Assembly (NCBI GenBank): GCA_016186145.1
Contig: JACPMF010000007.1
Span: forward strand, 19,302-83,301
DNA from: Candidatus Sungiibacteriota bacterium
Lineage (GTDB): Bacteria; Patescibacteriota; Minisyncoccia; Sungbacterales; SURF-37
Length of the DNA stretch: 64,000 nt
Direction: 5' to 3'
The translations under genes and the position numbers were made by a program. Below, one piece after another: positions 25,122 through 33,734 of this stretch; the stretch's first letter is position 1; the number at the start of each line of letters is the position of its first letter. A model generated the notes under the pieces. That model made no database searches. It was not told the DNA's origin and saw nothing but the letters and a program-made list of their open reading frames with translations.

Positions 25122-25944
25122 GCTTTGAACTTTCTTCGAGCCGCATGATTATGGCATCCAGCGGACAAATTGCAACACAAATGGCGCAGTAATTACATTT
25201 CTCTTCATGGATGACATAACGGCCGCCTGCCGTAACCTCGATGGCTCGCTTTGGACAAAAAAGATAGCAGAGATTGCATGCCGTGCACCGTTCGTCGGGT
25301 TGGACAAGATACGGAAAGTTTCGACTCTTAATCAACAGCTGCCACACCGGCATTCCGTCGGCCATAAGCCGGACAACAGTCCTTTTGCCCTCCAAAAAAG
25401 CTTTTTGATTTTCAGAAACTTTCTGAGGCAACGCCTCACCCAAAACAGCATCCGCAAGATCGTCCGGGAACTGGGCCCCGAAGACCGATTCCAAAATACG
25501 CGCCACTCCGCCGGCCATCGCTGAATTGACCACTGTGAACGGATCTGACGGCTCGCCGATACCGCAACCAAGCGAAATGCTTCGGCAGTTCAGTGTATAA
25601 ACCAACCAATCGTGAGTCAGCCCCATAAACTGGTTCGGTGCCGAAGTGTTGATAACAACAATCCCGCCGGGCTTCAGCCCTTCGAGGGCTTTGGCCAGCT
25701 GAACTCGCTCGTGGTCGAAGACAACAACCATATCGGGCTCGCTGATGAACGAATGCGTTGAAATTTTTTTGCGGCCGCAACGAAGATACCCCGCAACCGC
25801 CGCCCCTCGCCGCTCTCCGCCAAAAAATGGAAATGCCTGCACTTGAAAACCGGAACGCAAAAGAATCGGAGCAAGCATCTCCTGGATCATGCTTTTTAAA
25901 CCCTGCCCGCCCAAACCGTGAAAGCGGATTGAAAACCTGTCCAT
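25078..25944 (-). CDS. porGD: pyruvate:ferredoxin oxidoreductase gamma subunit fused to delta (2x[4Fe-4S] ferredoxin) subunit
   Basis: N-terminal gamma-subunit motif FHGLGGQG. C-terminal CTACNLCYLFCP and CNYCAICVAICP ferredoxin motifs. Confidence 0.8.
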   Translation of the reverse strand: MDRFSIRFHGLGGQGLKSMIQEMLAPILLRSGFQVQAFPFFGGERRGAAVAGYLRCGRKKISTHSFISEPDMVVVFDHERVQLAKALEGLKPGGIVVINTSAPNQFMGLTHDWLVYTLNCRSISLGCGIGEPSDPFTVVNSAMAGGVARILESVFGAQFPDDLADAVLGEALPQKVSENQKAFLEGKRTVVRLMADGMPVWQLLIKSRNFPYLVQPDERCTACNLCYLFCPKRAIEVTAGGRYVIHEEKCNYCAICVAICPLDAIIMRLEESSKLDSAVMQGGGDHGR

Positions 25945-26098
25945 AATCTCTTCTCCTTTTTATAAAGGTATTTCGTTGTCAAAGTTCACACCTCTAGTGG
26001 TAATCCAAAAGATGACACCGGTCAAGCATTTAAATTTGACAGGCTTAGTATATGTGTTATGGTGTCGCCACGTGGACAACCCCTTTTAGGAGGTAAAA

Positions 26099-26476
26099 AT
26101 GAAACAGGGCTTAGCGTTTGCGCTCGGGATTTTTGTTGGAAACTGGCTTGCGGTCCCATTGCTCTTTGGTAAGCCAACACATGGAGACGGTTTCTTCACT
26201 GGATTGATTGCAGCGATCTTTGTGCTTTGTATAACTGCGCTTATCATACACCTGCGGAATTGCGCCGTATGCAACCGTGAAGGAGGTGAAACTATCGGTA
26301 AAAATAAACATGACCCTTACGATTCGCCACCGCCGGATCTCCTTGAAGACGACGACTGCTGTAGTTGCCCGTGCTCACCGTGTCGAACAAATCCGCCACG
26401 GCAAGATGGGATAGCTGAATCACAATGTTGTTCATGCCACGACCTCGGTGAATTTGACGAAGGCGGCAGTGGCTAA
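26099..26476 (+). CDS. small Cys-rich membrane protein
   Basis: RBS TAGGAGGT upstream. Two TM helices followed by a C-terminal Cys cluster (CAVCNREGG...CCSCPCSPC...CCSCH). Confidence 0.5.
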   Translation: MKQGLAFALGIFVGNWLAVPLLFGKPTHGDGFFTGLIAAIFVLCITALIIHLRNCAVCNREGGETIGKNKHDPYDSPPPDLLEDDDCCSCPCSPCRTNPPRQDGIAESQCCSCHDLGEFDEGGSG

Positions 26477-26501
26477 TTCGCCGCCGTCTCACAAGCCCCA
26501 G

Positions 26502-26528
26502 GGGCGAGCACTGCTCGCCCTGTTTTTA
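26502..26528. terminator. bidirectional hairpin terminator
   Basis: GGGCGAGCACTGCTCGCCC followed by TGTTTTTAT. Preceded by a second hairpin GGCGGCAGTGGCTAATTCGCCGCC. Confidence 0.6.
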
Positions 26529-27860
26529 TTTCGGCCCCATTAATTCTTCCTTGGCAGCCTGCCTGTCGTCCCACGGTATTTTTACTCCGGCAGGACCCAT
26601 GATAAACCGTTCCGCCCCCTTGCCGGTGATAACCACCGTATCGCCGGGCATTGCGAGACGCAGAGCTTCACGAATTGCTTCACGACGATCGATATAGCTT
26701 TTAGCTTTTAGCTTATAGCTTATAGGTACGCCCACCGCAACATCATCTATAATTTTTTGTGGATTTTCATCGTATGGGTCTTCGTTGGTCAAAATAACTT
26801 CGCTGCAAAACTCCGAGGCGATTTTTCCCAACTCCGGGCGTTTCCATTTATCGCGCCCGCCTCCGGCAGCACCCAAGACGCAAAGGAGCTTAAATCTTGG
26901 AGCTTGTCCGCCGAAGGCGGATCCACCTCTGGCGGAGAGCTTGGAGCGCTTACGAAGCGTTTCATAAACTTTCCGCAATGCATTTGGAGTGTGGGCGTAA
27001 TCGACAACCACGCGAAACGGTTCGTTTTGAAGAACTTCAAGCCGACCGGGAATACTCTTTATATGTTTAAGAGCGCCGGCTATATTTTCAAAAGAAACCC
27101 CAAAAGAACGCGCCGTAGCGACAGCCGCAAGGATGTTAGAGACATTAAATTGCCCGAAGAGCGCTGAATAAAAATCTATTCCGCTCACCCGAAAATATAT
27201 TTCGTTTTCGCAAGAAACATTGCTCACCGAAAACTCAACGCCGCCAACAACCAAAGACGCCGTGCTGTAAAAATTTATTTTCGCGCGTGCTCGCTTTGCA
27301 AAAAATTCCCATGCCGGATCGTCGCGATTCAAAACTGCAATTCCGTCGGAACCAAGCGCCTCAAAAAGCTTTGCTTTTGCCGCACGGTATTTCTCAAAAT
27401 CGCCGTGCGACTCAATATGCTCCGGCGTCAAATTCGTAAAGACGGCACAATCAAATGTTATAAACCGGTGCCGAAATTGCTTGATGCCCTCGGAGGTGAC
27501 CTCGATGACGGCAAACCTCGCTCCGGCTCTTCGCGCATCGGCAAGAAACCGCTGGACGGCAAACCTTCCCGGCATGGTCATTTTGAGAACATTCGGCCGC
27601 TCGCTTTCATTAATCTTGAAACGAAGAGAGGAACAGGAGGCAACCGAATAACCGCTTTTCAAAAAAATCTCGTGCAGCAAAGAAACAACGCTCGACTTTC
27701 CATCCGTTCCGGTCACCCCAATGACAACGAGACGGCGCGAAGGGAAAAGATAAAAAAACGCCGCAAAAAAAGCCAGTAAAAAATGGTAAAACGGCTGAAG
27801 CATTTTGAAAATCGGCCGCGGAATAATTTTTTTTAGCAGGGCTAAAACGGAATTTGACAT
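26526..27860 (-). CDS. Mur ligase family protein (MurE/MurF-like UDP-N-acetylmuramoyl-peptide ligase)
   Basis: P-loop VIGVTGTDGKSS. Central and C-terminal Mur ligase domains. Short TM-containing N-terminus. Contains an in-frame palindromic insertion (...LSARGGSAFGGQAPRFK...). Confidence 0.7.
   Translation of the reverse strand: MSNSVLALLKKIIPRPIFKMLQPFYHFLLAFFAAFFYLFPSRRLVVIGVTGTDGKSSVVSLLHEIFLKSGYSVASCSSLRFKINESERPNVLKMTMPGRFAVQRFLADARRAGARFAVIEVTSEGIKQFRHRFITFDCAVFTNLTPEHIESHGDFEKYRAAKAKLFEALGSDGIAVLNRDDPAWEFFAKRARAKINFYSTASLVVGGVEFSVSNVSCENEIYFRVSGIDFYSALFGQFNVSNILAAVATARSFGVSFENIAGALKHIKSIPGRLEVLQNEPFRVVVDYAHTPNALRKVYETLRKRSKLSARGGSAFGGQAPRFKLLCVLGAAGGGRDKWKRPELGKIASEFCSEVILTNEDPYDENPQKIIDDVAVGVPISYKLKAKSYIDRREAIREALRLAMPGDTVVITGKGAERFIMGPAGVKIPWDDRQAAKEELMGPK
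26884..26958. repeat. in-frame palindromic insertion element inside the Mur ligase gene
   Basis: GAGCTTAAATCTTGGAGCTTG-TCCGCCGAAGGCGGATCCACCTCTGGCGGA-GAGCTTGGAGCGCTT. Shares CTTGTCCGCCGAAGGCG(G/A)ATCC with 28556..28580 and is flanked by direct GAGCTTGG repeats. Confidence 0.45.
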
Positions 27861-27930
27861 GACAACCTATTTATAAAGCTGCGTTCTACGCGTCTCGCGC
27901 AATCCTTCAATGCTTTGACGCATTAAAGTG

Positions 27931-28914
27931 TCACCGCTTGCGTCTCAAAACGCGGAGGACGCTATAAAGAAAATACAGGCCGGGCCGATACACAACGTCC
28001 ACGGCCGAGGGGTATTCGATAACCTGCCCGCCGAAACCAATCTTGAACCGCGTCACTCCCGGCCACCGTCTTTCATCGACCCCCCAAAAATCGTAAAAGC
28101 CAAACCCGCGGTTTTTCGCTTCACGTATAATTTCCCAATGCAGAAGATGGGGGGCCATCATCTCTTTATACGCCCGGGACGAAGCTCCGTGTAGGTAAGT
28201 CGCCGTATGTGACGGCCCATAAAAATTGATAAGCGCGGCCGCCAAAATTTTATCTTCATAACGAGCAAAATAGAGTTCATTCCAAAAATTATCTGAACGG
28301 GTTTCAAAAAGAAACCGGTAGTGACGCTCGTCGTGAAGAGAAAAGCCATCCCGCTGCGACGTCTCGCAGAGAAGAGAAAAAAAGTTCCGGAATTGATCGC
28401 GTTCAACTCTTTGGACAACAACACCGTGCCGTGCCGCAAGACGAATATTGTAACGCGTCTTGGGGTGCATCTCCAAAAGCAACGCATCCTCGGTCTTTGA
28501 TAAATCGAGAATCAGCGTCTTTTGCGGCTGCAATGAATACGATTCGCGAACTTGAAACTTGTCCGCCGAAGGCGAATCCCCACCTGCCTGCCGGCCAGGC
28601 AGGGAACTTGCTTGCCCGCCGAAGCTCCAGCGTAGGCGGGGGGTTTGGAACTTTTCGATTGGTTCTACTCTTAGAAAAATACTTTTCTCCTCTTTTGCAA
28701 CTTTTTCCGCGCTTTCCAAAAATTTTTTGAGATCGCTTTTATTTTCAAAATGCGGCCGCGGAGCATACGCATAACCAAACCCGAAAGGAAGGGCGTGCTG
28801 AATCATAAGCGCGCCTTCCGCCCGCCATATTTTTCTTCCAATTCTTTGCTGAAACTGCTCCCATTCCGATGACTGTAAAAAAGAAATTTCCCGTTCTACT
28901 GAATATGCCATCAT
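27931..28914 (-). CDS. FemAB-family aminoacyl-tRNA-dependent peptidoglycan peptidyltransferase (FemX-like)
   Basis: About 327 aa, FemAB/GNAT-like fold signature (...YLHGASS...). Next to the Mur ligase gene. Carries the longest in-frame palindromic insertion (RWSFGGQASSLPGRQAGGDSPSADKFQV). Confidence 0.75.
   Translation of the reverse strand: MMAYSVEREISFLQSSEWEQFQQRIGRKIWRAEGALMIQHALPFGFGYAYAPRPHFENKSDLKKFLESAEKVAKEEKSIFLRVEPIEKFQTPRLRWSFGGQASSLPGRQAGGDSPSADKFQVRESYSLQPQKTLILDLSKTEDALLLEMHPKTRYNIRLAARHGVVVQRVERDQFRNFFSLLCETSQRDGFSLHDERHYRFLFETRSDNFWNELYFARYEDKILAAALINFYGPSHTATYLHGASSRAYKEMMAPHLLHWEIIREAKNRGFGFYDFWGVDERRWPGVTRFKIGFGGQVIEYPSAVDVVYRPGLYFLYSVLRVLRRKR
28535..28660. repeat. in-frame palindromic insertion element inside the FemAB-family gene (longest copy)
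   Basis: GAACTTGAAACTTG-TCCGCCGAAGGCGAATCCCCACC-TGCCTGCCGGCCAGGCAGG-GAACTTG-CTTGCCCGCCGAAGC-TCCAGCGTAGGCGGGGGGTTTG-GAACTT: central hairpin CCTGCCTG/CAGGCAGG, repeated CCGCCGAAG modules and GAACTTG direct repeats. Confidence 0.5.
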
Positions 28915-29552
28915 TTTGCGGCTCCGCCGAGGTTTCTCAGCGCCTCCTTGATTCTTTTTTCCGGGCTGATTACTTCATTCGGCACCCGCCGAAGCGCTTC
29001 ACGAGCCTCGCTTTGTGAGTAGCCGAGCGAAACAAGCGCTTCGAGCGCATCTGCTTCTTCTTTTAACTCCGGTGCTTCTACTAAAACCCCCTTTCCGGCC
29101 ATTTTTTCTCTAAGCTCTAAAACAATTTTTTCCGCGGTTTTTCTGCCGATACCGGAAACTCGAGTAAGATATGAAGTATCGCCCGCGGCAATCGCCCTTT
29201 TAAGCGTGTCGAGCGGCGCGATATTCATAATGCCAAGTCCGCTTTTCGGCCCGATGCCGGAAATATTAATAAGCATCTCAAAAAACTCAAGCTCCGGATG
29301 GTGTAAAAATCCATAAAGCTCAAGCGCGTCTTCCCGCACATACAGGTGCACCCATAACTTTACCCTGAGCGAAGTCGAAGGGTTGGAACTCTCGTCTTTT
29401 TCTGGTATTTTTTTGAGCGTTTCGGGCGCAACGAATACGCGGTAACCAATGCCGCCGGCATTAATGACAACGTAGCGCTGGCCCTTAAAAACTGCTGCAC
29501 CGTCAAGATATGCAATCATCTCATTTTCAGCATAACACGATTCCGCAAACAA
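28911..29552 (-). CDS. ruvA: Holliday junction DNA helicase RuvA
   Basis: MIAYLDG...VINAGGIGYRVF... has the RuvA OB-fold N-terminus, then HhH motifs (GIGPKSG...GIGRKTA) and a C-terminal domain. The likely start is the ATG at 29519. Confidence 0.9.
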   Translation of the reverse strand: MFAESCYAENEMIAYLDGAAVFKGQRYVVINAGGIGYRVFVAPETLKKIPEKDESSNPSTSLRVKLWVHLYVREDALELYGFLHHPELEFFEMLINISGIGPKSGLGIMNIAPLDTLKRAIAAGDTSYLTRVSGIGRKTAEKIVLELREKMAGKGVLVEAPELKEEADALEALVSLGYSQSEAREALRRVPNEVISPEKRIKEALRNLGGAAK

Positions 29553-29599
29553 AAAAGCGGATTATTCCAACCCGCCCATCTAAAGGACATCGATCACAA

Positions 29600-29887
29600 C
29601 TACCGCTTCTTTAGCGTAATCGCTTTCAGTTGACACTTGGGATTACTACACTCCTGGCGCCGTTCCCCGCTTTCGCCTACTATATCTTCCGAAAGTTCTT
29701 CGCTACACCATGGACATGGAGACCGAAACACAGGATTCCACCCGCGGATCCAATAATACAGAAGAAGAAAGACAGCAACCAACACGCCCCCCGCAATTGC
29801 AAGTACGCCAACACCCCAAAGCTGATGCCACATGCTCCCAGCGTCCATTTCGGCTAACCCCTTTTTAATCTCAAAATTAAGGTGCAC
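29600..29887 (-). CDS. hypothetical small membrane protein with C-terminal Cys motif
   Basis: 95 aa, one TM (VLAIAGGVLVAVFLLLYYWI), then CPWC...C..C. Confidence 0.45.
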   Translation of the reverse strand: MHLNFEIKKGLAEMDAGSMWHQLWGVGVLAIAGGVLVAVFLLLYYWIRGWNPVFRSPCPWCSEELSEDIVGESGERRQECSNPKCQLKAITLKKR

Positions 29888-29914
29888 TATGGTAATAACA
29901 AATAGCGCTCTATA

Positions 29915-31957
29915 ATGTCAAACTTCAAACTTTTTTCAAATTTCAAACCAACCGGAGATCAACCGGGCGCCATTAGCCGACTAACGGCAAATCTGCACGC
30001 CGGCATTAAACATCAAACCCTCTTAGGGGTAACCGGTTCCGGGAAAACATTCACGATGGCAAACGTTATTGAGCGCGTGCAGAAACCAACGCTTGTAATC
30101 TCGCACAACAAAACGCTCGCCGGACAGCTTTACCAGGAATTCAAAGAGTTTTTTCCGAAGAATTCGGTCCATTATTTCGTGTCGTACTACGACTACTACC
30201 AACCGGAAGCATACATTCCCCGAACGGATACCTATATAGAAAAGGATGCAAAAATCAACGATATAATAGACGCCCTCCGGCACGCCGCAACCGCATCCCT
30301 CCTGACGCGCAACGACGTCATTATCGTCGCATCCGTATCGTGCATCTACGGCATCGGCGACCCGGAGGAATACGAAAAAATCACTCTTGATTTAGAAATC
30401 GGCAAAAAAATCGCGCGTCGCGATCTTTTACACTACCTTGTTCTTTTGCAATACGCCAAAAATGAATTTGATCCGCGCCAAGGACATTTCCGCGCGCGAG
30501 GAGACATGATAGAGATTTACCTTCCGTCCGGAGAAGAAATAATCGACGTGGAACTTGAAAACAATATAGTCGTATCGCTGAAGAAACGCCGGCAGCAAAA
30601 CCAAATTCACGATTCTGAATTCCAAACGCTTAATTCCGCGAAAATCTTTCCGGCGAAACACTTTGTCACGCCGCGCCAGAAACTTGAACTGGCCATAAAA
30701 AATATCCGCCAGGAACTGAAAGAACGCCTCTCGGCGCTCAAGAAAAACGGACGGCCGCTCGAAGCCGAGCGGCTGGAGCAACGAACCCATTTTGACCTGG
30801 AAATGTTGAAAGAAACCGGATATACGAACGGGATTGAGAATTATTCCCGCCACCTATCATTTCGCGAACCCGGTTCTCCGCCATCCACCCTTATCGACTA
30901 CTACCGCCACCGTTTTGGCAATCAGTTTCTTGTATTTATCGACGAATCGCATGTGTCTATTCCACAACTTCGCGGCATGTATCACGGCGACTATGCGCGA
31001 AAGCAAACCCTTGTTGATTACGGCTTCCGCTTGCCGTCTGCCATAGACAACAGACCGCTGAAGTTCACGGAGTTTGATAAAAAAATTAACCAACGAATTT
31101 ATGTTTCAGCAACACCGTCTGAGTATGAACTTAATCTGAGCCGCAGTTCGCATTCAGGCGTTCTAAGTTCTCCGCCAGAGGCGGATAAGCTCAAAGTCCC
31201 AAATTCATACGTCGTAGAGCAGTTCATCCGTCCGACCGGAGTTCTTGACCCGGAAACCGAAATCCGACCGACAAAGGGTCAAATCAAAAATGTCATCGCT
31301 GAAATTAAAAAACGCGTAGCCAAAAAAGAACGCTCTCTCGTCCTCGCTCTGACAAAACGCCTCGCAGAAGATATCGCCGAATACCTGCAGGAAGCGGGCA
31401 TCAAAGCCGAATACCTCCACTCCGAAGTAAAAACACTGGAACGCTCTGATATCCTCAAAAATTTGAGAACGGGAAAACATGACGTAATCGTCGGCATCAA
31501 TCTTTTGCGGGAAGGCCTTGATCTGCCGGAGGTTTCTCTTATCGCCATCCTGGACGCCGACAAGGAAGGATTTTTGAGAAACGAAACAACTCTCCTTCAA
31601 ATCATGGGGCGCGCCGCGCGGCATGTTGACGGCAAGGTGGTTCTCTACGCGGACACCATAACCGATTCGATGCGGCGGGCAATCGGCGAAACGAAGCGCC
31701 GGAGAAAAATTCAAGCGGAATACAACAAAAACAACGGCATTACCCCAAAAAAAATTGAAAAGGCAATACGAAAATCTCTCCTTGAAGAAATCGCTCCCGC
31801 CAAAAAGGAAGAAGAAATTTTTACGCCTTTAAACGCGCCCTCTCGAGAGGCTGTATCCGCCTTAGAGCGCGAGATGCGTAAAGCGGCAAAGGAGATGAAC
31901 TTCGAATTGGCCGCGAGAATTAGAGATCGTATTAAAATGTATAAACAGCAAAAATGA
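29915..31957 (+). CDS. uvrB: excinuclease ABC subunit B
   Basis: GVTGSGKTF Walker A, helicase motifs, UvrB interaction domain and C-terminal UvrB/UvrC domain (...EMNFELAARIRDRI...). 680 aa. Confidence 0.95.
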   Translation: MSNFKLFSNFKPTGDQPGAISRLTANLHAGIKHQTLLGVTGSGKTFTMANVIERVQKPTLVISHNKTLAGQLYQEFKEFFPKNSVHYFVSYYDYYQPEAYIPRTDTYIEKDAKINDIIDALRHAATASLLTRNDVIIVASVSCIYGIGDPEEYEKITLDLEIGKKIARRDLLHYLVLLQYAKNEFDPRQGHFRARGDMIEIYLPSGEEIIDVELENNIVVSLKKRRQQNQIHDSEFQTLNSAKIFPAKHFVTPRQKLELAIKNIRQELKERLSALKKNGRPLEAERLEQRTHFDLEMLKETGYTNGIENYSRHLSFREPGSPPSTLIDYYRHRFGNQFLVFIDESHVSIPQLRGMYHGDYARKQTLVDYGFRLPSAIDNRPLKFTEFDKKINQRIYVSATPSEYELNLSRSSHSGVLSSPPEADKLKVPNSYVVEQFIRPTGVLDPETEIRPTKGQIKNVIAEIKKRVAKKERSLVLALTKRLAEDIAEYLQEAGIKAEYLHSEVKTLERSDILKNLRTGKHDVIVGINLLREGLDLPEVSLIAILDADKEGFLRNETTLLQIMGRAARHVDGKVVLYADTITDSMRRAIGETKRRRKIQAEYNKNNGITPKKIEKAIRKSLLEEIAPAKKEEEIFTPLNAPSREAVSALEREMRKAAKEMNFELAARIRDRIKMYKQQK

Positions 31958-32360
31958 AAAAGTCCCGATTTTGTCAAAATTTTAATCGCTCATGTTCTAC
32001 ACATATATACTAAAATCGACCAGAACTGGTGAATACTACATTGGCTATACTGGCGATCTCTACCAACGCTTGTACGAACACAATAAAAACCGAGTTAAAG
32101 CTACACGCGGAAAGGGTCCTTGGAAAGTATTCAATCGGGAAAAATTTCTCACCGAGTATGAGGCTATTAGAAGAGAACGGCAAATAAAAAGCTGGAAAAG
32201 CCGGCGGATGATTGAACGATTAAAATTTTGATACAAAATCGAGGATCCTCGATTCGCCAGCCGCACTTGGCGCGGGGCGAATCGGGACAGCAAAGGAAAT
32301 GAATTTTGAACTCGCCGCAAAAATCCGCGACCGAATAAAGACCTATCGGAAAAATGGTTG
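31958..32360 (+). mobile_element. putative GIY-YIG insertion cassette at the uvrB 3' end, bounded downstream by a diverged ghost duplicate of the uvrB terminus
   Basis: 32291..32360 (CAAAGGAAATGAATTTTGAACTCGCCGCAAAAATCCGCGACCGAATAAAGACCTATCGGAAAAATGGTTGA) re-encodes AKEMNFELAAKIRDRIKTYRKNG* and aligns at about 75% nt identity with the current uvrB 3' end (31887..31957). It also contains the 18-bp palindrome AATCGAGGATCCTCGATT (32237..32254). Confidence 0.45.
31992..32231 (+). CDS. GIY-YIG nuclease family protein (single-domain, UPF0213/YhbQ-like)
   Basis: 79 aa. YTYILKS...YYIGYTGDLYQRLYEHN has the GIY-YIG motif with conserved Arg and Glu. Confidence 0.85.
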   Translation: MFYTYILKSTRTGEYYIGYTGDLYQRLYEHNKNRVKATRGKGPWKVFNREKFLTEYEAIRRERQIKSWKSRRMIERLKF

Positions 32361-32433
32361 ACGGGCGCAGACTTTCTAAGTATCATTTCAGAGCACTTTC
32401 ACAACAAACAGGAAGGTCGATTGGAGGCCCAAC

Positions 32434-32868
32434 ATGATAAATCTCGGATCGTCGTGCCGAACAAACCCGATACGAGCCATAGACGCACGGGAAGAAACTT
32501 TCGATATTCTCAGAATTGCGGAGTATCTTGGATGGGAAAAACTGGAAGCAGAAAGTGACGACATCGTATCAGGCAAACGCTGCCCCCGCTTTAAATTGAT
32601 GGTAATGCAAAAGGGAATACACGGCCAAAAAAACGTAATCGCAATAACGGAAGAAAGATCCGAGGCCTCTTACGGACCAACAATCGTTCTTAAAAAACCG
32701 GAAATGACAAGATTTTTATATTTTTTTGTCGACACTGAAGACGGCGGGGAGCAAGAAGTAAAAATGGTCACCATAACAAACTCTTCCGGCTCGCAGATAA
32801 TAATTCGAAAAGAATTCGGGCTCCAAAAACAAAACGAGCCAACCTATAACTTCCTCGCGATAATCTAG
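32434..32868 (+). CDS. hypothetical protein
   Basis: 144 aa. GGAGG 6 nt upstream of the ATG. Followed by a terminator. No family recognised. Confidence 0.45.
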   Translation: MINLGSSCRTNPIRAIDAREETFDILRIAEYLGWEKLEAESDDIVSGKRCPRFKLMVMQKGIHGQKNVIAITEERSEASYGPTIVLKKPEMTRFLYFFVDTEDGGEQEVKMVTITNSSGSQIIIRKEFGLQKQNEPTYNFLAII

Positions 32869-32890
32869 AACAACACCGCTTAAGCCACAT

Positions 32891-32918
32891 ACGTTACGTG
32901 GCTTTTTTCTTAACCAGC
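32891..32918 (+). terminator. rho-independent terminator
   Basis: AAGCCACATACGTTACGTGGCTT hairpin followed by TTTTTT. Confidence 0.55.
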
Positions 32919-32973
32919 ACAACGCACAACGTTAATGTTGACAAAAAACTCTCCTTTGATAAACTAATATCAT

Positions 32974-33180
32974 ATGGCAAATACTGTCCAGATACCAAAA
33001 CCCGTCCTTAGTGAATTTCTCGAGGCTGGAAGAAGATTTAACGCAGCCGAAGACGCGCTAGAAAATTTTTTGCTGGCCGCCGATAAGGACTTTATAAAAA
33101 AAATGCGTGATTTAAGAAACTTGCACAAGGCCGGAAAGCTTTCCGATTGGTCAAAACTCAAAACGAAATATGGCTTATGA
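32974..33180 (+). CDS. putative antitoxin of the RelE/ParE module
   Basis: 68 aa. Overlaps the downstream RelE/ParE toxin gene by 11 nt (typical TA arrangement). Helical and charged. The assignment rests on genomic context. Confidence 0.55.
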   Translation: MANTVQIPKPVLSEFLEAGRRFNAAEDALENFLLAADKDFIKKMRDLRNLHKAGKLSDWSKLKTKYGL

Positions 33181-33451
33181 TATCCGGCCGCACAATTCTT
33201 TCGAGCGGCCGTTTTCTAAACTCACAACAGGCGATAAAAAACGAGTTATTGAAAAGCTAGAACTTATAGCGCAGCACCCGGAAAAGACCGGAGCACCCAT
33301 GGGCAACCTGCCAGCAGATCTGCGAGGACTTCATAAAATAAGAGTCGGCGATCGGCGTTTGTTCTTTTGGGTAGACAATGAAAAGAAAGAAATTGTTCCG
33401 TATACTATAGATAAACACGATAAAGCGTACAAAAATTTGTACAAAAGCTAA
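33170..33451 (+). CDS. RelE/ParE-family type II toxin
   Basis: 93 aa. ...LRGLHKIRVGDRRLFFWVDNEKKEIVPYTIDKHDKAY is the classic RelE/ParE C-terminal pattern. Confidence 0.8.
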   Translation: MAYDIRPHNSFERPFSKLTTGDKKRVIEKLELIAQHPEKTGAPMGNLPADLRGLHKIRVGDRRLFFWVDNEKKEIVPYTIDKHDKAYKNLYKS

Positions 33452-33457
33452 ATAAGT

Positions 33458-33724
33458 ATGCCGATAACTAAATCAGCAAAAAAAGCACTGCGCCAATCGA
33501 TAAAAAGGCGCGCCAGAAACCTCAAACGAAAAGAGGAATTCAAACAAGCCGTAAAAGAGGTAAAAAAGCTTGTTGCCGCCGGGAAAACTAAGGAGGCCCA
33601 ATTACTGATACCGAAAGTTTATAAGGCCCTTGATAAAGCGGCGAAAACCGGCGCAATTAAAAAAAACGCGGCCGCAAGAAGAAAATCGCGCATCGCGAAG
33701 TTGATAGCAAAAAATAAGCAGTGA
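33458..33724 (+). CDS. rpsT: 30S ribosomal protein S20
   Basis: 88 aa, very basic. MPITKSAKKALRQSIKRRARN...LDKAAKTGAIKKNAAARRKSR matches S20. Confidence 0.9.
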   Translation: MPITKSAKKALRQSIKRRARNLKRKEEFKQAVKEVKKLVAAGKTKEAQLLIPKVYKALDKAAKTGAIKKNAAARRKSRIAKLIAKNKQ

Positions 33725-33734
33725 GCCGGCCAAA

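Noticed and set aside
23895-25944. porGD fusion or porA/porB overlaps as something unusual
   Set aside because: Gamma-delta fusions and short gene overlaps are common in POR/KOR operons. It is an ordinary operon structure.
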